Shown: positions 33,266 to 41,953 of the stretch, one piece after another
Layout: each line of letters begins with the position of its first letter
Position numbering within the stretch: position 1 is the first letter of the stretch
NCBI GenBank assembly: GCA_018883265.1
Contig: VEQK01000005.1
Location: 6,190-70,189 of the forward strand
Length of the DNA stretch: 64,000 nt
Reading direction: 5' to 3'
Source of the DNA: Rhodocyclaceae bacterium
GTDB lineage: Bacteria > Pseudomonadota > Gammaproteobacteria > Burkholderiales > Rhodocyclaceae
Notes under the pieces: generated by a model
Database searches by the model: none
The model's input: the letters and a program-made list of their open reading frames with translations, nothing else
Told to the model about the DNA's origin: nothing
Position numbers and translations under genes: made by a program

Positions 33266-35128
33266 CTACAAGTTATAGACCGCCATATACCGGTACAGCG
33301 TTGAGCGGTGTACACCGAGTCGGCGCGCGGCCGCAGCGACTTTGTAGTGTGATTGTTCGAGCGCCTGTTTGATTCGTTCCGGCGTGAGTTCATCACCAGT
33401 GCCACTACTTGTCATCGTTTCGGATTTGGTTACATCTGGCGAAACAGGAATACTCGTCATGCGGTATTCGGCCGGCAGGTTGTCGATGCCGATGTTCTGG
33501 CCTGGTTCGGCGAGTGCAACAAGGGTTTTAACCAGATGCGCTAACTGGCGGAAGTTGCCCGGCCAGTCGTAGTTGACCAGCGCCTGACGTGTATCGTTGG
33601 TGAGTGTGAGCTGTCGGCGAGGTGCGCCGGCTTCCTGCCACAGGGCGTCAATAAAGGCGGCCTTGTCGGTGCGATGGCGTAGTGGTGATAGATCGATCTG
33701 GTGGAAGTGCAAGCGGTAATACAGGTCAGCACGGAAGGTGCCGGCGCTGACCATGGCGGCCAGATCGCGGTGGGTCGCTGATAGGACGACGAAATTGACT
33801 GGGCGTGATTTGCCGCCGCCCAGGGGTTGTACGGCGCGATCCTGCAATACGCGCAAGAGACGTGTTTGAAGCGTCAGCGACATGTCGCCGATTTCATCCA
33901 GAAACAGAATGCCCCCATCAGCTTCGAAAACACGACCGATAGAACCACTCTTGCGTGCCCCAGTGAAGGCGCCCTCGGCGTAGCCAAAGAGTTCCGATTC
34001 GATCAGGCCCTCGGGCAGGGCAGCACAGTTAATGGCAACAAAGGGTTTATGGGCACGCTGGCATTGTTCGTGAATAAGGCGGGCCATGACTTCTTTGCCG
34101 GTGCCGGTTTCACCCTGGATGATGACTGAGAGTTCTGCATCGACGGCGCGGACTGCCTGATCGAGCTGTTGACGGGTGGTGTTGTCGAGCCAGGCAGAGG
34201 AGACTGAGGAGAGTGAGGTATGCGGCACAATCGTTGGTATGGCCACCTCGTCGTGGGCGGTGGGAGCCTGGGCGGACATGTTGCTGGCGCTGGGGGCTGG
34301 CTTTTCAAGTAGACCGCGGTACATCAGGCCGCTATGCGTGACCAACAAGGACTCTTCTTCGCCCGGTTTGAGCGGTGGCGTTTTAAATAGGGTCGACCAG
34401 CGTTCTCCAATGAGCGACCAGGTGGCACCGAGCCAGCGGACGGCTTCACGGTTAGCGCCGACGATAATCTCCCCGTCGAGCAACAGTACGCCTTCTCGAA
34501 AGCTACCGAGATGGTTGCTCTTCTCGTGAAAGCGTAAGCGTTGAAGCTGGCCGGGTGATTGCATGAGCCAACGGTGTTCTACCTCACGTATAGAACGGCT
34601 GAGTGCGCCTTGAGCATAACCACGGGGCAGACGGGCGTCACCTGAGATGTCAATCACGCCAGCGATGCGGCCCTGGTGATCGAGGATGGGTGCGGCGGTA
34701 CAGCACAAACCGGCATGTTTCTGGTGGAAGTGTTCATTGCCCCAGACTTCAACTAGGGCATTTTCGGCAATGGCGGTGCCGATGGCGTTAGTGCCACGTT
34801 CGGATTCGCTCCACATCACGCCGGATTTGAGTGCGACCTGGCCGGCGCGATCCAGAAAGTTGCCCGTGCCGCGTGCATCGAGAATCATGCCGTTAGCGTT
34901 GGCGAGTAGCACGACGGAGTCGGTGCCCTGAAACATTTCCCCAAGGAAGTCGAGTTCGGGTTCGACCATCGGTAACAACTCGCCGGAGGCCTCACGCAGA
35001 ATCTGCAGCTCCCCCTGCGTGAGGGGCTCCGCGTAAGGAATCTGATCTTCAATGACGCCGAGATCGGTACAGCGGTGCCAGGACCGCAAGATGGTGTCCG
35101 GCAGGTTGTTGACGGCAGGTTGTCGCAT
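33266..35128 (-). CDS. acoR: GAF-domain sigma54-dependent activator (AcoR family)
   Basis: GTNAIGTA GAF motif, GETGTGKE, ESELFGYAEGAFTGA, FLDEIG, WPGNFRQ, Fis-type HTH; start set at ATG 35128 after SD GAGGG, not at the 35371 ORF start. Confidence 0.88.
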   Translation of the reverse strand: MRQPAVNNLPDTILRSWHRCTDLGVIEDQIPYAEPLTQGELQILREASGELLPMVEPELDFLGEMFQGTDSVVLLANANGMILDARGTGNFLDRAGQVALKSGVMWSESERGTNAIGTAIAENALVEVWGNEHFHQKHAGLCCTAAPILDHQGRIAGVIDISGDARLPRGYAQGALSRSIREVEHRWLMQSPGQLQRLRFHEKSNHLGSFREGVLLLDGEIIVGANREAVRWLGATWSLIGERWSTLFKTPPLKPGEEESLLVTHSGLMYRGLLEKPAPSASNMSAQAPTAHDEVAIPTIVPHTSLSSVSSAWLDNTTRQQLDQAVRAVDAELSVIIQGETGTGKEVMARLIHEQCQRAHKPFVAINCAALPEGLIESELFGYAEGAFTGARKSGSIGRVFEADGGILFLDEIGDMSLTLQTRLLRVLQDRAVQPLGGGKSRPVNFVVLSATHRDLAAMVSAGTFRADLYYRLHFHQIDLSPLRHRTDKAAFIDALWQEAGAPRRQLTLTNDTRQALVNYDWPGNFRQLAHLVKTLVALAEPGQNIGIDNLPAEYRMTSIPVSPDVTKSETMTSSGTGDELTPERIKQALEQSHYKVAAAARRLGVHRSTLYRYMAVYNL

Positions 35129-35150
35129 GGCGGTGTACCCTCGCGAAAAG

Positions 35151-35200
35151 TGTCGCGTATGTTGCTGCTTGAGCGACAGAGTGTCGCAGATATTGCGACA
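35151..35200. promoter_or_regulatory. Putative enhancer (activator-binding sites) for the sigma54 promoter
   Basis: Perfect inverted repeat TGTCGCA-GATAT-TGCGACA at 35182-35200, with further TGTCGC/GCGACA half-sites at 35151 and 35173. Confidence 0.65.
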
Positions 35201-35339
35201 AAGTGTTGCAATAACTTCTGAAAAATTCCAAACCAGACGGGGTCTTGGAATGCTGCGTGGCAGCAGTAAAAAAATTATCTCCAATTTCCTAGAGCCCGCT
35301 CGGATGTGCGTCGCAGCAATGCAGAAATCTAAAAAAGTC

Positions 35340-35355
35340 TGGCACACCTCCTGCA
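35340..35355 (+). promoter_or_regulatory. sigma54 (-24/-12) promoter of the aldehyde dehydrogenase gene
   Basis: TGGCAC-ACCTC-CTGCA with correct GG-to-GC spacing, 70 nt before the ATG. Confidence 0.85.
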
Positions 35356-35425
35356 TTAGTGATGCCATCAACAGTTAAGGTGTGAATGTCTGCACCGCCC
35401 CTCATCGCCATCCCAGGAGACAACC

Positions 35426-36943
35426 ATGAGTATCACCATCAACAACATTACGGTCGACAACCCGTTCAAACCGCGTTATGCCAACTACATCAACGGTCAA
35501 TGGGTGGCGCCGGTCGATGGTCAGTATTTCGAGAACACGACGCCAATCACGGGCAAGGCGTTGTGCGAAGTCCCGCGCTCGAACGACAAGGATATCAATC
35601 TGGCGCTCGATGCTGCGCATGCCGCCAAGGCCGCCTGGGGGAAATCTTCGCTGGCCGATCGCGCCAATATTCTGAACAAGATTGCTGATCGCATGGAAGC
35701 GAATCTGAAACTGATCGCTACCGCCGAGACGCTGGACAACGGCAAGCCGATCCGTGAAACGATGGCTGCCGATATTCCGCTGGCGATTGATCACTTCCGT
35801 TACTTTGCTGGTTGCGTTCGCGCCGAAGAGGGTGGCATCAGCGAGATCGATCATGACACCTACGCGTATCACTACAAGGAGCCGCTGGGTGTGGTTGGTC
35901 AGATTATTCCGTGGAACTTCCCGATTCTGATGGCGGTCTGGAAACTGGCCCCTGCACTGGGCGCCGGTAACTGCGTGGTGCTGAAGCCGGCGGAGCAGAC
36001 GCCCGCCTCGATTCTGGTTCTGGTAGAACTGATCGGTGACCTGCTGCCCCCGGGCGTGCTGAATGTGGTGAATGGTTTCGGCCTTGAAGCCGGCAAGCCT
36101 CTGGCATCGAGTCCGCGTATCGCCAAGATCGCGTTTACGGGTGAAACCACGACCGGTCGCCTGATCATGCAATATGCCAGCCAGAATCTGATTCCTGTGA
36201 CACTGGAGCTGGGTGGTAAGAGCCCAAACATCTTCTTCGAAGACGTGATGGATGCCGATGACAGTTATTTCGACAAGGTGCTCGAAGGCTTTACGCTGTT
36301 CGCCCTGAATCAGGGCGAAGTCTGTACCTGTCCATCGCGTGTGTTGATTCAGGAGTCGATCTACGACAAGTTCATGGAGCGCATTCTTAAACGTGTGGCC
36401 GCCATCAAGCAGGGCAACCCGCTCGATCCGAACACCATGATTGGCGCCCAGGCCTCGAACGAGCAGCTGGAGAAGATCAACTCGTACCTGAAGCTAGGCA
36501 AGGAAGAGGGCGCCCAGTGCCTGATTGGTGGTGCGCAGGCCAAGATGGACGGCGACCTGGCCGGCGGCTATTACATCCAGCCGACGGTGTTCAAGGGTCA
36601 CAACAAGATGCGCATCTTCCAGGAAGAGATCTTCGGGCCGGTGGTATCGGTCACGACGTTCAAGGATGAAGCAGAGGCGATCGAGATTGCCAACGATACG
36701 CTCTATGGTCTGGGTGCCGGCGTATGGACGCGCAACGGCAACCGTGCATTCCGCGTCGGTCGAGCCATTCAGGCGGGTCGCGTGTGGACGAACTGTTATC
36801 ACGCCTATCCTGCGCATGCCGCCTTTGGCGGCTACAAGCAGTCGGGCATTGGCCGTGAAAACCACAAGATGATGCTCGACCATTATCAGCAGACCAAGAA
36901 CCTGCTGGTCAGCTACAGCGAGTCACCCCTCGGCTTCTTCTGA
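35426..36943 (+). CDS. aldB: NAD-dependent aldehyde dehydrogenase (AcoD/ExaC/AldB type)
   Basis: [30 protein letters not shown] (catalytic Cys), EEIFGP; SD AGGAGA. Confidence 0.95.
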   Translation: MSITINNITVDNPFKPRYANYINGQWVAPVDGQYFENTTPITGKALCEVPRSNDKDINLALDAAHAAKAAWGKSSLADRANILNKIADRMEANLKLIATAETLDNGKPIRETMAADIPLAIDHFRYFAGCVRAEEGGISEIDHDTYAYHYKEPLGVVGQIIPWNFPILMAVWKLAPALGAGNCVVLKPAEQTPASILVLVELIGDLLPPGVLNVVNGFGLEAGKPLASSPRIAKIAFTGETTTGRLIMQYASQNLIPVTLELGGKSPNIFFEDVMDADDSYFDKVLEGFTLFALNQGEVCTCPSRVLIQESIYDKFMERILKRVAAIKQGNPLDPNTMIGAQASNEQLEKINSYLKLGKEEGAQCLIGGAQAKMDGDLAGGYYIQPTVFKGHNKMRIFQEEIFGPVVSVTTFKDEAEAIEIANDTLYGLGAGVWTRNGNRAFRVGRAIQAGRVWTNCYHAYPAHAAFGGYKQSGIGRENHKMMLDHYQQTKNLLVSYSESPLGFF

Positions 36944-36952
36944 TGCCGATTC

Positions 36953-36991
36953 GAGCCGCCCGCCCGGTTTGCCGGGTGGGCGCTCTTTTTT
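36953..36991 (+). terminator. Intrinsic terminator after the aldehyde dehydrogenase gene
   Basis: GAGC-C-GCCCGCCCGG/TTTG/CCGGGTGGGC-GCTC followed by T6. Confidence 0.85.
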
Positions 36992-37005
36992 ATTAGTGTG
37001 GGTCT

Positions 37006-37395
37006 ATGCCGCAAGATAAAACCCCATCCTCTCCCGATGTGTCGCGTGTCAGCGTGACGCCTGCAGCACTGGCGCTGATCGAGCAGCTCAAGGCACAGCA
37101 TGGCGCGCTCCTGTTTCATCAGTCGGGTGGTTGTTGCGATGGTAGCGCGCCCATGTGTTTTCCGGCCAATGAGTTTCTGCTCGGCGATGTGGACGTCAAG
37201 CTCGGCGAGATCGGTGGCGTACCGTTTTACATGAGCGAATCGCAGTTTGCCTACTGGGAGCATACGCATCTGATCATCGATGCCATCCCCGGCAGCGGCG
37301 GGATGTTCTCTCTGGAACGACCCACAGGCTTAAGGTTTTTGACGCGCTCACGGCTTTTTACCGATGCAGAGTCGGCTGCACTGCAAGAGGCATAG
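37006..37395 (+). CDS. DUF779-family protein
   Basis: HQSGGCCDGSAPMC, GGMFSLE, RFLTRSR; family habitually follows AldB-type genes. Confidence 0.9.
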   Translation: MPQDKTPSSPDVSRVSVTPAALALIEQLKAQHGALLFHQSGGCCDGSAPMCFPANEFLLGDVDVKLGEIGGVPFYMSESQFAYWEHTHLIIDAIPGSGGMFSLERPTGLRFLTRSRLFTDAESAALQEA

Positions 37396-37448
37396 CGTCT
37401 GGAAAAGGTGTACCCTCGACGCTGAGATTATCGACGTTGAGGTAGCGA

Positions 37449-38036
37449 ATGACTGATAAGGTTGATCCGGCAGACCACCCGCCCGGAACCCGTTTTCTTG
37501 CCTATGCCCCCGAGCAGATGCAGGATGTGGTGGATGCTATGGCACGACAGGCAGTCCCACTGTTGATAGGTCAGGATAAAGTTGCCGTGATCGGCATCCT
37601 GCGTCGCGGCGCACCACTCGCTGATCGGTTGACCCAATCTCTGGCCAGGCAATTCGAGATTGCTCAACCGTTAAGGCTGGATCTCAAGGTGAAACGTTAC
37701 GCCGATGATCTGACGCTGCTACATCCGGAAACGCAGTTAACTGAGGCGGCCGGTCAAGCCGAACTGGATCTGCAGGGTTATACGCTGCTGGTTGTAGATG
37801 ATGTGCTGTATACCGGTAGTTCGTTATTGCGGGTCATCGAATGGCTCAAGGTCAAATCGCCACGCGCCATTTATACGGCGGTGCTGGCGGATCGCCATGT
37901 GACGCAGCTGCCGATCAGGGCGGACGTGGTCGGTGTTCACCTGCAGGTGGCGCCGGGCGATGTAGTCGAGTGTCATGTCCCGCCGTATGAATCTTTATTC
38001 CAGATCGAGCTTTTAAGGCTGGATAATGCTGTTTGA
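37449..38036 (+). CDS. PyrR-like type I phosphoribosyltransferase
   Basis: GILRRGAPLA, RYADDL, PRPP loop VVDDVLYTG, AVLADR...LPIRADVVG parallel PyrR motifs; no pyrB/pyrC nearby. Confidence 0.75.
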   Translation: MTDKVDPADHPPGTRFLAYAPEQMQDVVDAMARQAVPLLIGQDKVAVIGILRRGAPLADRLTQSLARQFEIAQPLRLDLKVKRYADDLTLLHPETQLTEAAGQAELDLQGYTLLVVDDVLYTGSSLLRVIEWLKVKSPRAIYTAVLADRHVTQLPIRADVVGVHLQVAPGDVVECHVPPYESLFQIELLRLDNAV

Positions 38037-38655
38037 CGATAGGACCGATGCCGGTCGCCAGTTGGCTAAGGCGCTGGATGATTACCGGGGAAAGCAGCCG
38101 CTAGTGCTGGCGATCCCCCGCGGTGCAGTGCCTATTGGTCGTGTCGTGGCCGAAGCGCTGGGTGGTGCGCTAGACGTGGTATTGGTGCGCAAACTGGGTG
38201 CACCGTACAACCCCGAGTTTGCGGTTGGTTCGGTGGGCGAGTCAGGCCATGTGATGGTGGCTGACTATGCAGAACGTGCCGGGGCCGATAGCCGATATAT
38301 CGCGCAAGAGGCAGAGCGCCAGCTGGCAACAATTCGTCGGCGACGGATCCAATATGATCAGGTACATACACCGCTGAGCCCGGCAGGGAGGACCGTCATC
38401 GTCGTTGATGACGGGTTGGCTACGGGGTCGACGATGTGCGCAGCGTTGCAGGAAGTCCGAGCGCAAAAACCTGCCCGGTTAATCTGCGCGGTGCCGGTGG
38501 CATCGCGCGATGCCGTGATGCGTGTACGCCCCTTATGTGATGATGTGATTTGTCTGGCCATCGAGGCCGACTTTGGCGGGGTGGGGCAGTTTTACCGGGA
38601 TTTCCGTCAGGTCGAGGATGACGATGTGCTGATGATGCTGAAGGCTTGCCAATGA
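38026..38655 (+). CDS. Type I phosphoribosyltransferase of unknown substrate
   Basis: FDDRTDAGRQLA, LAIPRGAVP, VRKLGAP.NPE, VVDDGLATG, FGGVGQFY. Confidence 0.88.
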   Translation: MLFDDRTDAGRQLAKALDDYRGKQPLVLAIPRGAVPIGRVVAEALGGALDVVLVRKLGAPYNPEFAVGSVGESGHVMVADYAERAGADSRYIAQEAERQLATIRRRRIQYDQVHTPLSPAGRTVIVVDDGLATGSTMCAALQEVRAQKPARLICAVPVASRDAVMRVRPLCDDVICLAIEADFGGVGQFYRDFRQVEDDDVLMMLKACQ

Positions 38656-39302
38656 GTCTTTTCCGGAGTGCGACGTCACACCTGCCACGAGAATTGAGAT
38701 GGTTTCTGACGATCTACGTGGCTGTGTTGATCCCGATCTATCTGGCCACTTACGGCCCGACGAATTTCCTGTATTTCTGTGACATGGCGCTTTTGCTGAC
38801 GCTGGTGGCGATGTGGCACAAAAGCGCATTGCTGGTTTCGGCAGCGGCCGTGGGTATACTGCTGCCGCAGCTGTTATGGGCGCTGGATTTTATGTCGTCA
38901 TTGTTGGGAATGCCGATTACCGGCATGACGGAATACATGTTCCAGGACACCATTCCCTTGCATGTGCGAGTCTTGTCACTCTTTCACTTCTGGTTGCCGT
39001 TTCTACTCATCTGGTTACTGCGGCGAACGGGGTATCATCCTCAGGGGTTGCCTGTCTGGATGGTGTTGTCTTTTACGTCGTTGTATATCTGTTACTTCTT
39101 TATTCCTGCACCACCGGCGCCCGTCTCTAACCCGAATTTACCCGTGAATATCAATTATGTGTACGGGTTCAGCGATGCAGCGCCGCAATCATGGATGCCC
39201 GAGTTGGCCTGGTTTGTCCTGTTGCAGTTGATGCTTGTTTTTCTGGTCTTTCTGCCGAGCCATTGGGCGCTGAAGAGACTTTATCCGGCCCCCAGAGAAT
39301 AA
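38652..39302 (+). CDS. Uncharacterised integral membrane protein (~6 TM)
   Basis: Hydrophobic pattern with NFLYFCD, LSLFH and NINYVYG motifs; ATGA overlap with the upstream PRTase. Confidence 0.75.
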   Translation: MSLFRSATSHLPRELRWFLTIYVAVLIPIYLATYGPTNFLYFCDMALLLTLVAMWHKSALLVSAAAVGILLPQLLWALDFMSSLLGMPITGMTEYMFQDTIPLHVRVLSLFHFWLPFLLIWLLRRTGYHPQGLPVWMVLSFTSLYICYFFIPAPPAPVSNPNLPVNINYVYGFSDAAPQSWMPELAWFVLLQLMLVFLVFLPSHWALKRLYPAPRE

Positions 39303-39323
39303 CCGATGGAATTTGTGTGGTAT

Positions 39324-39338
39324 TGGCGTTGGCTTTGC
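39324..39338 (+). promoter_or_regulatory. sigma54 promoter candidate for the pilin gene
   Basis: TGGCGT-TGGCT-TTGC with exact spacing, 61 nt before the ATG. Confidence 0.6.
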
Positions 39339-39399
39339 CAGTGACTGACCCATGGGGTAAGATGACCCTGCGTTTTTTGCGGTTTATCGGGAGAAATAC

Positions 39400-39822
39400 A
39401 TGCGTAAGTCTTTGCAAGAGGGGTTCACTCTGATCGAGTTGATGGTTGTGATTGCCATCGTGGGTATTCTGGCGGCTGTGGCGCTCCCGGCGTATCAGAA
39501 TTACACCATCCGCGCCAAAGTGTCGGAAGGTTTGCTGGCGGCATCTGCCTGTAAAGTCTCGGTAACCGAAGCCGTACAGAGTGGTAATGCAACGATTCCG
39601 AATAATCTGTGTTCGGGTAGCACGCAGTATGTGGAGAGCGTGGTTTCCGGCGGCGATGCCGCTAACGCCACCGTGACGGTGGCCCTCAAGGGCATTGATA
39701 AGAATGTCGACGGCAAGACGATTGTCTACACCGGGGCTGTGGCCAATTCGACGGTGTCGAGCTGGGCCTGTACCTCGACACTAGATCAGAAGTACCTGCC
39801 GTCCGGCTGCACTGGTAAGTAG
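39400..39822 (+). CDS. pilA: Type IVa major pilin
   Basis: Class III signal [32 protein letters not shown]; C-terminal disulfide loop WACT...LPSGC. Confidence 0.93.
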   Translation: MRKSLQEGFTLIELMVVIAIVGILAAVALPAYQNYTIRAKVSEGLLAASACKVSVTEAVQSGNATIPNNLCSGSTQYVESVVSGGDAANATVTVALKGIDKNVDGKTIVYTGAVANSTVSSWACTSTLDQKYLPSGCTGK

Positions 39823-39838
39823 TCGTTTTGTTTTTCGC

Positions 39839-39873
39839 AAAGCCGTCGTGAGCCTGGGCTCCGGCGGCTTTTT
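39839..39873 (+). terminator. Terminator between the convergent pilA and CYTH genes
   Basis: AAAGCCGTCG-T-GAGC/CTGG/GCTC-CGGCGGCTTT plus T-tract. Confidence 0.8.
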
Positions 39874-40504
39874 ATTGCGCGAGGCTGTGAAATAGCTGGT
39901 AACCCCGTGCTGCCTTGCTGTCGTCGGTCGGGGTCAGCGGGGTGGTGGCGCGTAGTTGTGCTGCGAGGTCATTGAGCGCATCGATATCACCGGATTTGAG
40001 TTCGAGTTCCAGCTCACAGATAGGCACACTGGCCTGCCGGCCGTTGCGGTTAACCAGAATAGCACCCCGATCTAAGGCGACTTCAACCTCGCTGTTCGCC
40101 ACAGGAACACGCCAGCTCAGGCGCTCAAAGTCGGTAGTAAACACCGGCACTAACTGCACTGCGAAGCCCGCTAGGGTTTTTGCTAACGACGCATCGTCGA
40201 CCAGACGCTCGAAATCGAAGACGCCTGCTTGGGAGGGTGCTTCCCACTCGCGTCGTTGGCTGAGCCCCCCGCTACTGTTGCCAGCCGTTTTGACGGTGAG
40301 CAGGGTCAGCTCGCCCAGTTGCCGATCATCGACGCGTCGTTCGCGTACGGCGACCTTCTGGCGGCTTAACGCCAGATCCGTCGTATCAAAGTAGGTGTTA
40401 TAGAGGTGCTGGCGCCGGGGAGCGAGAGACAGCAACGGATGCTTGAGCAGGGTATCGATATGCTCAGGATCGATGCGGAGTTTGAGTTCGGTTTCGGTCG
40501 CCAT
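39872..40504 (-). CDS. CYTH-domain triphosphate tunnel metalloenzyme
   Basis: ETELKL ExExK motif, YFDT, R.EWE, DFER, ELELELK. Confidence 0.92.
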   Translation of the reverse strand: MATETELKLRIDPEHIDTLLKHPLLSLAPRRQHLYNTYFDTTDLALSRQKVAVRERRVDDRQLGELTLLTVKTAGNSSGGLSQRREWEAPSQAGVFDFERLVDDASLAKTLAGFAVQLVPVFTTDFERLSWRVPVANSEVEVALDRGAILVNRNGRQASVPICELELELKSGDIDALNDLAAQLRATTPLTPTDDSKAARGYQLFHSLAQ

Positions 40505-40510
40505 GGCATG

Positions 40511-40546
40511 AAAAAACCCGCTGGCATTTGAGGCCGGCGGGTTGTT
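40511..40546 (-). terminator. Intrinsic terminator of the CBS gene
   Basis: Minus strand AACCCGCCGGC/CTCAAAT/GCCAGCGGGTTTTTT. Confidence 0.8.
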
Positions 40547-40564
40547 CGATTCAAGCGTTCGTTA

Positions 40565-41008
40565 TCAGGTCTTCAAGTCGCCGGAGATATAACCCGCCAG
40601 CTGTTGAATGGTTGCTTCCTGATCCGAGATGATCGATTTGACGACGTCACCAATCGAGACTACGCCAACAACCTTGCCGCCATCCATGACCGGCAGGTGC
40701 CGGATGTGACGATCGGTCATGATACTCATGCAATCGGCAATGGTATTTTGCGGGGAGATCGTGATGAGCTGGGTGGTCATGAGTTCACGGACAACCGTGT
40801 CGCGCGAATTGCGGCCGCGCAGAATGACTTTGCGAGCGTAGTCACGCTCGGTGAAGATACCCTTGAGCTCTTCACCTTCGGTAACCAGCACCGAGCTGAT
40901 ATCTTCACGAGCCATGAGCTCCAACGCCTCGAGAACCGATGCGTCCGGGCGAATCGAAGAAACACCGGACGATTTGTGGTCCAGCAAGTGGCGAACGGTA
41001 AGAGGCAT
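40565..41008 (-). CDS. Tandem CBS-domain protein
   Basis: GIFTERDYARK, IRHLPV, GVVSIGDVVK; start set at MPLTV (41008). Confidence 0.92.
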   Translation of the reverse strand: MPLTVRHLLDHKSSGVSSIRPDASVLEALELMAREDISSVLVTEGEELKGIFTERDYARKVILRGRNSRDTVVRELMTTQLITISPQNTIADCMSIMTDRHIRHLPVMDGGKVVGVVSIGDVVKSIISDQEATIQQLAGYISGDLKT

Positions 41009-41120
41009 GCCTGTCTCCTGTGATATGTGTTCGGGATTGACCCGTTTTTTATGGCGTGAGGGTAGTAAGATATGCTGCCTCGCCGCTTCTGGCAAGGGGC
41101 ACGTGCAATAAGACCCTTTT

Positions 41121-41948
41121 ATGATGATCGAGCCTGATTCTTCCGTATCTGAAGCTGGCGCACCTGTGCCTCTGGAAGCCCGTATCCATCAGCTACTTGC
41201 AGCCGGGTCGCCGTTGGTGCAGGGAACTGTCAGCCTGGTTGGGGCTGGTCCTGGCGATCCGGAGCTTCTAACGCTGCGCGCGGTGCGCCGCATTATGGAG
41301 GCCGAGGTGGTGCTCTACGATAATCTGGTGGGGCCGGATATTCTGGCGCTGATTTCCCCGGTTGCGAAGAAGCATTATGTCGGTAAGAAAGCCGCCAAGC
41401 ATGCGCTACCGCAGGATGCGGTGAACGACTGGCTGGTGCGCCTGGCGCAGGCTGGCAAACGCGTGGTGCGGTTGAAAGGCGGCGATCCATTCATCTTCGG
41501 GCGCGGGGGTGAAGAGATGGAAGCGCTCATGGCGGCCGGGGTGTCGGTCGAGATTGTGCCGGGGATTACGGCTGCGACCGGCTGTGCGGCTTTTGCCGGA
41601 ATACCGTTGACGCATCGGGATTGGGCGCAGTCGGTTACGTTTGCCACCGGCCATCTGAAGCATGGCTTGCAGGAGCTGGATTGGGCGGGGCTGTCACGGC
41701 CGCATCAGACGGTGGTGTTTTATATGGGCATCAGCGCGGCGGCAGGTATTGCCGAAGCCCTGATCGCGCAAGGCCGTCCCGAGACGACGCCGGTCGCGGT
41801 GATTTATCACGGCACCCGGCCGGATCAGCGGGTGCTGGTGGCGACACTGGAAACGCTGGCCCAAAAGATTAACGCCGAAGGTTTGAAGCCTCCGGCGTTG
41901 TTAATCGTGGGTGAGGTCGTTCGGCTTTATCGGCCAAACAGAACTTAG
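41121..41948 (+). CDS. cobA: Uroporphyrinogen-III C-methyltransferase (stand-alone)
   Basis: LVGAGPGDPELLT, RLKGGDPFIFGRGGEE, VPGITAA. Confidence 0.94.
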   Translation: MMIEPDSSVSEAGAPVPLEARIHQLLAAGSPLVQGTVSLVGAGPGDPELLTLRAVRRIMEAEVVLYDNLVGPDILALISPVAKKHYVGKKAAKHALPQDAVNDWLVRLAQAGKRVVRLKGGDPFIFGRGGEEMEALMAAGVSVEIVPGITAATGCAAFAGIPLTHRDWAQSVTFATGHLKHGLQELDWAGLSRPHQTVVFYMGISAAAGIAEALIAQGRPETTPVAVIYHGTRPDQRVLVATLETLAQKINAEGLKPPALLIVGEVVRLYRPNRT

Positions 41949-41953
41949 AGTAT

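Noticed and set aside
35129-35371. N-terminal ORF extensions of acoR (also mutL 51409-51750, queG 56007-56120, pcnB 46081-46149)
   Set aside because: They run through promoter regions or neighbouring genes and lack family similarity; downstream starts fit better.
35132-37418. 12-bp direct repeat GGTGTACCCTCG at 35132 and 37407 flanking aldB-DUF779, as a target-site duplication
   Set aside because: 12-mer repeats are expected by chance in 64 kb; one copy is the acoR SD and the other the anti-SD arm; it would separate aldB from its activator; no mobility gene is present.
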